A DNA stretch of 64,000 bases from a virus, in IMG/VR virus record IMGVR_UViG_3300042350_002985; one strand, 5' to 3'. Each line of letters begins with the position of its first letter. The first letter of the stretch is position 1. Position numbers and translations under genes: made by a program. This document shows positions 40,634 to 47,984 of the stretch, one piece after another. The notes beneath the pieces are model-generated. The model ran no database searches and was not told where the DNA came from. It saw only the letters and a list, made by a program, of their open reading frames with translations.

Positions 40634-40670
40634 TGGTGGACATTTTCTATACCAAGAGTATAATTAAAAC

Positions 40671-42086
40671 ATGGAATCAGTAATTCTAAAGAACTTGGTC
40701 CTCAATGAGGACTATGCTCGCAAAGTTGTCCCATTCCTCCAAGAGGAATATTTTCACGACAAGTCCGAAAAGATAATCTTCGGTATTGTTGGTAAGTTCA
40801 TTCTTAAGTACAACAACATACCAACAAAGGATGCTGTTCTTATCTCACTTGGAGATGAAAAGTCTCTGAGTGAAGTTGAATTCAAGAAATGTACGTCAAT
40901 CACGGATGAGATGTACAAAGAGGGTGAGAAGTCAGACACAGCATGGCTGGTTGAGCAAACAGAAAAGTTCTGCAAGGAAAAGGCAATATACAATGGCATC
41001 ATGGCATCCATTGGGATTATTGAAGGCAAGGACAAGGAAAGAACTCAGAATGCTATTCCTGAAATCATGTCAAAGGCTCTTTCTGTATCTTTTGATACTA
41101 GAGTTGGCCATGACTTTTTGGAAGATGTTGATGAGCGATATGAATATTATCACAGGGTAGAAGAAAAGGTGCCATTTGATCTTGAGATGTTCAACAAGAT
41201 CACCCGTGGTGGAACTCGCAAGAAAACTCTTAATGTAGTCATGGCAGCATCCGGCGTAGGAAAAAGCGCTTTCCTGTGCCACCATGCAGCAGCATGCCTA
41301 TCTCAGAATCTAAATGTGCTATACATTACTCTTGAGATGGCAGAAGAAGAGATTGCAAAGCGCATCGATGCCAATCTGTTGGACAGCGACATGCACATTC
41401 TTGAGCAGATGGCTCAAGATCAGTATGAAGCTAAGGTTGATAACTTGAAGAAGACCTGCAAAGGCAAACTCATTATAAAGGAGTATCCAACTGCTGCAGC
41501 GAATGTGACTCACTTCCGAAATCTCATTGAAGAATTAAAAATCAAGAAGAAGTTCACGCCAGATGTAATTTTTGTTGATTATCTGAATATCTGTTCATGT
41601 GCCAGGTTTAAACTTGGCAACGGAATGAACAGTTATACTTATGTCAAGGGTATTGCAGAAGAACTTCGTGGTATGGCCAAGCAATTCAATATTCCTCTGT
41701 GGACTGCAACACAGGTCAATCGTGAAGGTGCCAAGAGCAGCGACATGGAAATGACTGATACGTCAGAGAGTTTTGGTCTTCCACAGACTGCGGACTTCTT
41801 CTTTGCTCTTATTGAGAATGAGGAACTTGCAGAGGCTGGCCAACTGATGGTCAAACAATTGAAGAATCGTGGCAATGATACAACCAAGAATAGAAAGTTC
41901 TTGGTGGGCGTAAACAAGTCAAAGATGAAGTTCTATGATGTTGACAATACAAATTCAGATTTGGTGAACTCAAACCAGACCGAAGAAGAAGGGTTTGGAT
42001 CCGGTTCTGATGGCCAAGGATTCAATCCAAAATTTGGAAAGAAGAGAAACAAGGCAATCAACTGGACTTTTGAAGAAGCCAAATGA
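40671..42086 (+). CDS. gp41: Replicative DNA helicase (gp41-like, DnaB family)
   Basis: VVMAASGVGKSAFLCHHAAACLSQNLNVLYITLEMAEEEI, VIFVDYLNI. Confidence 0.95.
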   Translation: MESVILKNLVLNEDYARKVVPFLQEEYFHDKSEKIIFGIVGKFILKYNNIPTKDAVLISLGDEKSLSEVEFKKCTSITDEMYKEGEKSDTAWLVEQTEKFCKEKAIYNGIMASIGIIEGKDKERTQNAIPEIMSKALSVSFDTRVGHDFLEDVDERYEYYHRVEEKVPFDLEMFNKITRGGTRKKTLNVVMAASGVGKSAFLCHHAAACLSQNLNVLYITLEMAEEEIAKRIDANLLDSDMHILEQMAQDQYEAKVDNLKKTCKGKLIIKEYPTAAANVTHFRNLIEELKIKKKFTPDVIFVDYLNICSCARFKLGNGMNSYTYVKGIAEELRGMAKQFNIPLWTATQVNREGAKSSDMEMTDTSESFGLPQTADFFFALIENEELAEAGQLMVKQLKNRGNDTTKNRKFLVGVNKSKMKFYDVDNTNSDLVNSNQTEEEGFGSGSDGQGFNPKFGKKRNKAINWTFEEAK

Positions 42087-43069
42087 CGCTATATATTGAT
42101 AAGAAGTTTGTCAATTTGGTATCTGGTTCACTTGAGAAGTTTAAGTGGAAGAAAGATACTCTAGCCACATGCAGGTGTTTCAAGTGTGGCGACTCACAGA
42201 AGAACAAGTCCAAGACAAGGGGATACTTCTTTGAGCACAAAGGCCATTATGTTTACAAATGCCACAATTGCGGTTTTTCTTGCAATGTATATTCTGTACT
42301 TGAAACTATTAGCCCAACGCTCGCAAAAGAATATGCATTTGAAAAATTTAAAGATTCGCATCCAAGAGAAGTTGAACCGAAACAGGAAGTTGCCCGCCAA
42401 CCAGTGTTTACTGATCTCGGAACAAGGCTTGACTTACTCAATGCTGACCACAAGGCGATAAAATATGTTAAGTCCCGTGAAATCCCCAAGGAAAAGTATT
42501 GCAACTTTTATTATTGCAATAACTTTGAAAAAGTCATGCAATCCTTTGACCGTGATGGGACCAAGGAAGACAGACTCGTCATACCATTCTATAATGATTC
42601 TGGGGAGCTTATCGGAGTTCAAGGCCGCTCTCTTGACCCAACTGGCCAAGCGATCCGTTATATCACTTTGAAGCGAGAAGGCGAAGAACGCCTTTGGTAC
42701 AACCTAGATAAGATAGAGCCACGGGAAACCGTGTATGTTACTGAAGGTCCAATAGACTCCATGTTCATTCCAAATGGAGTAGCAATGCAGGGTGCTGGTT
42801 GGTTGGCTGAATTGCCTGATAAATTGAAGAAGTCAAAGGTCGTGTTCATCTTTGACAACGAACCAAGAAACTTAGAAATTGTTGGTTTGATAGGAAAGTA
42901 CATAGAGGCTGGACGAAATGTAGTAATCTGGCCATCTGAAATAGACAAAAAAGATATAAACGACATGGTATTGGCTTATGGAATCAATACAACCATGAAG
43001 TTAATAATCAACAATGTATATACTGGACTTGTCGCAAAAATGAAGTATACTTACTGGAAGAAGGTTTAA
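42083..43069 (+). CDS. gp61: DNA primase (gp61-like)
   Basis: Zinc motif CRCFKCGDSQKNKSKTRGYFFEHKGHYVYKCHNCGFSCN, Toprim VYVTEGPIDSMF and VFIFDNEPRN. Confidence 0.93.
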   Translation: MTLYIDKKFVNLVSGSLEKFKWKKDTLATCRCFKCGDSQKNKSKTRGYFFEHKGHYVYKCHNCGFSCNVYSVLETISPTLAKEYAFEKFKDSHPREVEPKQEVARQPVFTDLGTRLDLLNADHKAIKYVKSREIPKEKYCNFYYCNNFEKVMQSFDRDGTKEDRLVIPFYNDSGELIGVQGRSLDPTGQAIRYITLKREGEERLWYNLDKIEPRETVYVTEGPIDSMFIPNGVAMQGAGWLAELPDKLKKSKVVFIFDNEPRNLEIVGLIGKYIEAGRNVVIWPSEIDKKDINDMVLAYGINTTMKLIINNVYTGLVAKMKYTYWKKV

Positions 43070-43303
43070 ATGAAAGACGATAATGAGGACATGACCGAAG
43101 AAGAAATTCTCAAGGCAAGTGAAGCCTATCTCACCTTTGTTCAAAGATTTGGTGAGTATGTAAAAGAAATGAATCCTGAACTTTGGGGAAAAGCACGGGA
43201 GTATGCCGCCGACTTTACCAAGATTCCCGGTGTGACTGTTGAACTTGTTGATAAGGATGAACTTGAAGATGACACAGATGACACAAAGCGTGCGTCCGAC
43301 TGA
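43070..43303 (+). CDS. Hypothetical acidic protein
   Basis: 77 aa starting immediately after the primase stop. Confidence 0.6.
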   Translation: MKDDNEDMTEEEILKASEAYLTFVQRFGEYVKEMNPELWGKAREYAADFTKIPGVTVELVDKDELEDDTDDTKRASD

Positions 43304-43994
43304 TATAAAGGTTCTTGACCACGGACATGTTCAGTTGATTGATTGGATGGGTTCGGATCTTAGTATTGTCAATGCTGCAAGAGTTTCCTTCAACAAGGAA
43401 AGTTCTTGGGATTATGCTGACAGTCATGTTCCCATTCAAACTCTTCCTGAAAAGGATGCAAAACTTATCAAGTATCTTGCAAAGCATAATCATTTCACTC
43501 CATTTTGCCATGCCACTATTTCTGTGCGAGTGAAATGTCCAATCTTTGTTCGTGCCCAACTAGGTAAGCATCAGATTGGTCTGACCATGAATGAAGTCAG
43601 CCGTCGATATGTGACATTTGAGCCAGAAATTTATATTCCTCTTTGGAGATCTGCGCCTACCAATGGTGCAAAGCAAGGAAGCAGCGGAAGAATTGAAGAT
43701 ATGGATCTCTGTATTCGTATGCGACAGGAATATGAATCTGTTGCAAATGAATGTTTAAAACTTTACAATGATCTTCTTGCAGATGGAGTTGCACCAGAAC
43801 AAGCCCGTTCCATATTGCCGCAGGGCACATATACGGAATTTGTTTGGACAGGTTCAATGTACGCATTTGCCCGTATTTATAATTTAAGAATTGATGCTCA
43901 CGCACAATGGGAAATTCAAGAATATGCAAAAGCAATTGACAAAATAATTGCTCCACTTTTCCCAGTTTCGTGGCAAACTCTAACAACTAAATAA
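43257..43994 (+). CDS. thyX: Flavin-dependent thymidylate synthase
   Basis: FTPFCHATISVRVKCPIFVRAQLGKHQIG...NEVSRRYV (ThyX RHR-type region with variation); LPQGTYTEFVWTGS; ORF 43239..43994, exact start uncertain. Confidence 0.9.
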   Translation: MNLKMTQMTQSVRPTDIKVLDHGHVQLIDWMGSDLSIVNAARVSFNKESSWDYADSHVPIQTLPEKDAKLIKYLAKHNHFTPFCHATISVRVKCPIFVRAQLGKHQIGLTMNEVSRRYVTFEPEIYIPLWRSAPTNGAKQGSSGRIEDMDLCIRMRQEYESVANECLKLYNDLLADGVAPEQARSILPQGTYTEFVWTGSMYAFARIYNLRIDAHAQWEIQEYAKAIDKIIAPLFPVSWQTLTTK

Positions 43995-44019
43995 AGACAC
44001 CAATAAAGAAAGGCCAATT

Positions 44020-45909
44020 ATGCCAGAAATTTTATCACCATTCCAATCGTTTATTTTCATCTCGCGCTATTCAAGATGGCTTCCATCAGAAAATCGTAGA
44101 GAAACTTGGGATGAATGTGTCGATAGATGGTGGAATTATTTCACGGACAAGGTTCCTGCTCTAGCGGAGCGTCCAGACATCAAGAAAGCAATTTTAAATC
44201 TTGAAGTTCTTCCTTCAATGAGAAGTCTGATGACTGCTGGTCCTGCGCTTGATCATGACAACACCTGTCTTTACAACTGCTCATATTTGCCAATTGATTC
44301 AGTTGAATCATTTGCAGAACTGTTTGTCATTCTAATGAATGGAACAGGTGTTGGCTACAGTGTTGAGCGACAATACACTGACAAACTACCAAATGTCGCT
44401 AGTAAGATAGAAAAGGATTTTAATGTTGTTGTCAAAGTTGAAGACTCTAAAGAAGGTTGGGGAAACGCTCTCAAAGAAATTCTACGACATCTGTATTCGG
44501 GTCGTCACGTTAAATGGGATTTGTCCGGGATCAGACCCGCTGGAGCTAGACTTAAGACTTTTGGCGGTCGCGCTAGTGGCCCTGCTCCTCTTGATAATCT
44601 CTTTAAGTTAATAGTAAAGGTATTCTATGCAGCACAAGGAAGACGACTTACCGCTTTGGAATGTCACGATATTTGCTGTGCTATTGCTAATGCTGTTATA
44701 GTAGGTGGAGTTCGTCGTTCTGCCATGATTTCACTCAGCGATCTTTCTGATCGTGAGATGGCTCTATGCAAGAGCGGAGCATGGTGGGAGCAGGCTGGTT
44801 TCCGTTCTTATGCCAACAACTCTGCAGTTTACCGTGGTCGCCCACCCATGGGTCAATTCCTTGAGGAATGGACTTCGCTTTACAACAGCCATAGTGGTGA
44901 GCGAGGAATGATCAATCGCAAGGCTCTCCAAGAGCAAGCAGCCAAATGGGGCCGTGATCTTGATTGCGAGTACGGAACCAATCCATGCTCGGAGATCATT
45001 CTGAAGCCATTTGAGTTCTGCAATCTTTCAACCGTTGTTGTTCGTCCAGATGACACAGCAGCAACACTGAAGAAAAAGATTGAGATGGCCACGATCATTG
45101 GCACTGTTCAATCTACATTTACTAAATTCCCATATCTTCGCCCTGAGTGGAAGAAGAACTGCGAAGACGAGAGACTTCTTGGTGTCAGCATGACTGGTAT
45201 CTATGACAACAAGTTAACCAGTGGTCTTGAAGGCAAGCCAAAACTTATTCGTTTGCTTGAATCACTCAGAGATCATGCCACCGCAACCAATCTGGAATGG
45301 GCAGAGAAGTTGGGAATCAATCCAAGCAAGTCAATCACTTGCGTCAAGCCAGAGGGAACTACTTCTTGCTTGGTAGATTCTGCATCAGGTCTTCACCCAA
45401 GATACGCAGATTATTATTATCGCAGAGTTCGCATTGACAAGAAGGATCCAATCTATCAACTGATGAAAGATCAAGGAGTTCCTTGTGAGGATGATGTAAT
45501 CAATCCAAACAATACTGCGGTCTTCACATTTGCAATGAAGGCTCCACGTGGCACAGTAACTACTGAAGATCTCCGTGCATTAGATCACTTGGATCTTTGG
45601 AAGACATACCAAGAACATTATTGCCAACACAAGCCTTCTGTAACCGTAAACTACCGTGACAGCGAGTTCCTTGAAGTTGGTCAATGGTTGTGGGAAAACT
45701 TTGATGTAGCAACAGGAATTTCATTCTTGCCCGGTGGCGACAATCACACATATGCTCAGGCCCCGTTTGAGCAGATTGACGCAGCAGCATACAATGAACA
45801 TCCCAAGATTAAAGTGAACTTTAAGGAACTTTCAAAGTATGAATCACAGGACAACACAGAGGCAGCAAAGGAATTTGCATGTTCTGCAGGAGGTTGTCAG
45901 ATAGTTTAA
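44020..45909 (+). CDS. nrdJ: Class II adenosylcobalamin-dependent ribonucleotide reductase (monomeric RTPR-like)
   Basis: SRWLPSENRRETWDE, SLMTAGPALDHDNTCLYNCSYLP, NPCSEIILKPFEFCNLS, PEGTTSCL, C-terminal ACSAGGCQIV. Confidence 0.92.
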   Translation: MPEILSPFQSFIFISRYSRWLPSENRRETWDECVDRWWNYFTDKVPALAERPDIKKAILNLEVLPSMRSLMTAGPALDHDNTCLYNCSYLPIDSVESFAELFVILMNGTGVGYSVERQYTDKLPNVASKIEKDFNVVVKVEDSKEGWGNALKEILRHLYSGRHVKWDLSGIRPAGARLKTFGGRASGPAPLDNLFKLIVKVFYAAQGRRLTALECHDICCAIANAVIVGGVRRSAMISLSDLSDREMALCKSGAWWEQAGFRSYANNSAVYRGRPPMGQFLEEWTSLYNSHSGERGMINRKALQEQAAKWGRDLDCEYGTNPCSEIILKPFEFCNLSTVVVRPDDTAATLKKKIEMATIIGTVQSTFTKFPYLRPEWKKNCEDERLLGVSMTGIYDNKLTSGLEGKPKLIRLLESLRDHATATNLEWAEKLGINPSKSITCVKPEGTTSCLVDSASGLHPRYADYYYRRVRIDKKDPIYQLMKDQGVPCEDDVINPNNTAVFTFAMKAPRGTVTTEDLRALDHLDLWKTYQEHYCQHKPSVTVNYRDSEFLEVGQWLWENFDVATGISFLPGGDNHTYAQAPFEQIDAAAYNEHPKIKVNFKELSKYESQDNTEAAKEFACSAGGCQIV

Positions 45910-45916
45910 AAAACAA

Positions 45917-45989
45917 TCCTCTGTAGCTCAGTAGGTAGAGCGGGAAGCTGTTAACTTCCATGTCACTGGTTCGATTCCAGTCGGAGGAG
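45917..45989 (+). tRNA. tRNA-Asn (GTT)
   Basis: Acceptor TCCTCTG/CGGAGGA, anticodon loop CTGTTAA, T-arm GGTTCGATTCC. Confidence 0.97.
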
Positions 45990-45996
45990 TTTGAGT

Positions 45997-46068
45997 GCCA
46001 CTTTAGCTCAACGGTAGAGCCTTGCTTTTGTAAAGCAGAGGTTGCGGGTTCGAATCCCACAGGTGGCT
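45997..46068 (+). tRNA. tRNA-Thr (TGT)
   Basis: Acceptor GCCACTT/AGGTGGC, anticodon loop TTTGTAA, T-arm GGGTTCGAATCCC. Confidence 0.96.
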
Positions 46069-46071
46069 TTG

Positions 46072-46154
46072 GCGAGTTTACTCAAGCGGTCAACGAGGGC
46101 AGACTGTAAATCTGCTGGCATTTGCCTACGAAGGTTCGAATCCTTCAGCTCGCA
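46072..46154 (+). tRNA. tRNA-Tyr (GTA)
   Basis: Acceptor GCGAGTT/AGCTCGC, anticodon GTA, long variable arm, T-arm AAGGTTCGAATCCTT. Confidence 0.96.
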
Positions 46155-46161
46155 CTAAATA
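46154..46161 (+). promoter_or_regulatory. Late-type octamer ACTAAATA upstream of tmRNA
   Basis: Octamer ends 6 nt before 46167; GCGCG helix begins 46169. Confidence 0.55.
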
Positions 46162-46166
46162 ATTTT

Positions 46167-46452
46167 ATGCGCGGTTCAGTGTGTGATGCTGACTAGGACC
46201 ATTGACTTGCAAGCAGTGGTTGAGCATGGGTGCAGGCCCCTCGTCGCGCTTTTGGTATTGTTGATCTCGGATAGAAATGCATATGACACGGGAGTTCGAA
46301 TCTCCCCGGATCCATTCACGGGTCCGACAGGCATCGATCAGTGCAGAGTATTGAAGAAGGAGATACCCGACACGGGTAACAAGTGTCGTAAATAAACAGT
46401 TGCAAATATAAAAGCCGCACCAATGCGGATGGCTGCTTAAAGCAGTGGGGTT
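46167..46452 (+). ncRNA. ssrA: Circularly permuted (two-piece) tmRNA precursor
   Basis: Acceptor piece: T-arm GGGAG-TTCGAAT-CTCCC (46290-46306) + acceptor 3' strand CGGATCC + A314. Coding piece: GGGTCCG (46320-46326) with G3-U70 wobble, GGCATCGA D-like loop, PK1 (46364-46387), AACAGTT-GCA resume context, tag ORF to TAA 46440. Confidence 0.92.
46402..46440 (+). other. tmRNA proteolysis tag reading frame ANIKAAPMRMAA*
   Basis: GCA AAT ATA AAA GCC GCA CCA ATG CGG ATG GCT GCT TAA. Confidence 0.88.
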
Positions 46453-46488
46453 TCCCGGTTTTCCCGCGACTGAAAAACCGGGATTTTT
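46453..46488 (+). terminator. Intrinsic terminator after tmRNA
   Basis: TCCCGGTTTT (46453-46462) / AAAACCGGGA (46474-46483) 10 bp + TTTTT. Confidence 0.93.
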
Positions 46489-46493
46489 ATTGG

Positions 46494-46501
46494 CATAAAT
46501 A
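46494..46501 (+). promoter_or_regulatory. Late-type octamer CATAAATA
   Basis: T4-type geometry predicts a start near 46507. Confidence 0.6.
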
Positions 46502-46508
46502 ATTTTGC

Positions 46509-46589
46509 CAGGGGAGTTGGGGCTCGCGTTTTCTCTTGAGTATTCGAAGTATGCTTGACAGAGAACCAAGAAACACTCCCCTGCGCGAG
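46509..46589 (+). ncRNA. Candidate structured RNA: H-type pseudoknot with inner hairpin
   Basis: S1 CAGGGGAGT 46509-46517 / ACTCCCCTG 46575-46583; S2 CTCGCG 46523-46528 / CGCGAG 46584-46589; inner stem TTCTCT 46531-46536 / AGAGAA 46560-46565. Confidence 0.6.
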
Positions 46590-46590
46590 G

Positions 46591-46598
46591 TATAAATA
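46591..46598 (+). promoter_or_regulatory. Late promoter octamer TATAAATA
   Basis: Exact octamer 3 nt before ATG 46602. Confidence 0.6.
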
Positions 46599-46601
46599 CC
46601 T

Positions 46602-47150
46602 ATGTTCTATATGCTTGTAGGTGTTGACTACTCAATAACTTGCCCGTGCTTATGTCTATTTGACGAGCGCAAAGAATTTAAATTTTCAAACTGCTTTTTC
46701 TATTATCTGACAAACACTAAAAAGTTTGCAGATAAAATTTTGCCGAATATCAATGGTGAAAGTTTTCAGGAATATGTGGCAGATGTTGACCGTTTTGACA
46801 GCATATCCGATTGGGCATCAAATTTATGTATTGGGGCTTCTGATGTTGCCATAGAAGGGTATTCTTATGGCTCAAAAGGCAAAGTTTTTAACCTTGCGGA
46901 GAATATGGGAATATTCAAGCATAAGCTCTATAAGGCCGGGGTTCCCGTGACCATCATAGAGCCGTCCAAGGCAAAGAAACTCGCCACAGGGAAAGGTAAC
47001 GCCGATAAACAGGCAATGTATAAAGCCTTCTGCCAAGAAACAAATACAGATTTGGTCTTTACTTTTAATCAAAAAAGTTTGACAAATCCTGTGACGGATA
47101 TTGTGGACAGTTATTATATTTTAAAATCTTTGCTGGCTACCAAAAATTAA
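46602..47150 (+). CDS. RuvC-like nuclease/Holliday junction resolvase-like protein
   Basis: MLVGVDYSITCPCLCLF, SDVAIEGYSYGSKG, NPVTDIVDSYYILK acidic motifs; start could also be 46611. Confidence 0.7.
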   Translation: MFYMLVGVDYSITCPCLCLFDERKEFKFSNCFFYYLTNTKKFADKILPNINGESFQEYVADVDRFDSISDWASNLCIGASDVAIEGYSYGSKGKVFNLAENMGIFKHKLYKAGVPVTIIEPSKAKKLATGKGNADKQAMYKAFCQETNTDLVFTFNQKSLTNPVTDIVDSYYILKSLLATKN

Positions 47151-47452
47151 CGGACGTAGCGAACAGCGGATCCTTTGCCAGCATTGTCTAGCCGGTCATG
47201 GAATCTCTTGGGAACTTGGCCAGAACCCTTGATTCTTGAAATAACTTCATTCCATGCACTTCCACAAACTTTGGTGGGAGTCAGAGTTGCATCAAAGGCA
47301 ATTGAGTTTCTTTGGGCACCCCAATTTTTGGCAACCTTCTTTTTTCCACAGTTTGGGCATTTTTCCTTTGTGGGTTGGTCGTTCTCGCTCATCTTGAGAA
47401 ACACTTCAAATTCATGTTTACAGGCACCGCATTCGAATGAATAATTAGGCAT
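47147..47452 (-). CDS. FmdB-like zinc ribbon protein
   Basis: MPNYSFECGACKHEFEVFLKMSENDQPTKEKCPNCGKKKVAKNW. Confidence 0.85.
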   Translation of the reverse strand: MPNYSFECGACKHEFEVFLKMSENDQPTKEKCPNCGKKKVAKNWGAQRNSIAFDATLTPTKVCGSAWNEVISRIKGSGQVPKRFHDRLDNAGKGSAVRYVR

Positions 47453-47984
47453 TGTTTTTGTTCCTAAAAGTAATTAGCATGTGGTCAAACAGGAATCCGT
47501 AAGAAGGTTCCTTTGGCTTGTTTTTCAACTGCATCTTGGCTTCCTTGGGAGTTCTGTTTCCCTTGGTTGTATTGCAATCTTTACATGATGTGACCATATT
47601 GACCCACGTGGATCCACCGCCCTTTGATCTTGGAACTACATGGTCAACCGTGGCTGTCTTTTCACATAGATCAATTCCACAATATTGACAGACATAACTG
47701 TCTCTTCTAAAGATGTTTTTGCGATTTGCAACAACCTTTTTAAAAGGCAATTTCACATAATACTTGAGAATCAAAATTTTGGGAATCTTGACAATTTTGC
47801 TGACAGATACCACTTCATAATATTCAGGAGAAGTTTCATCGATCCAAACCTTGTCTTTGGACATTAACTTAAAGGCTTTTCCAACGGTAATGATATTCAG
47901 CGGTGTATTGTCTTGATTGAGCAAGAGAACCTGCTTAGTCATACCTTTTAAGTATTTATGAAAATCTAAATATTTTACAGCCAT
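47445..47984 (-). CDS. HNH endonuclease
   Basis: CQYCGIDLCEKTATVDHVVPRSKGGGSTWVNMVTSCKDCNTTKGNRTPKEAKM. Confidence 0.92.
   Translation of the reverse strand: MAVKYLDFHKYLKGMTKQVLLLNQDNTPLNIITVGKAFKLMSKDKVWIDETSPEYYEVVSVSKIVKIPKILILKYYVKLPFKKVVANRKNIFRRDSYVCQYCGIDLCEKTATVDHVVPRSKGGGSTWVNMVTSCKDCNTTKGNRTPKEAKMQLKNKPKEPSYGFLFDHMLITFRNKNNA

Noticed and set aside
45821-46060. 79-aa minus-strand ORF MGFEPATSALQKQGSTVELKW...
   Set aside because: It is the antisense reading of tRNA-Asn and tRNA-Thr T-arms, a common spurious ORF type.
46307-46326. CGGATCC/GGGTCCG as a simple terminator hairpin
   Set aside because: No U-tract follows, loop is only a few nt, and the arms are exactly the 7-bp acceptor stem of a permuted tmRNA with flanking T-arm.
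46165-46569. 134-aa minus-strand ORF and 70-aa plus-strand ORF 46183..46395 across the tmRNA locus
   Set aside because: Both overlap the structured tmRNA and terminator; no recognisable protein features.
46509-46589. Self-cleaving ribozyme (hammerhead, HDV-like, pistol or twister) for the pseudoknot element
   Set aside because: No CUGANGA/GAAA hammerhead core and no match by eye to HDV, pistol or twister cores; kept only as an unclassified pseudoknot.
46555-46596. TTGACA at 46555 as a host promoter -35 box
   Set aside because: No acceptable -10 hexamer 16-18 nt downstream; the sequence participates in the pseudoknot inner loop.
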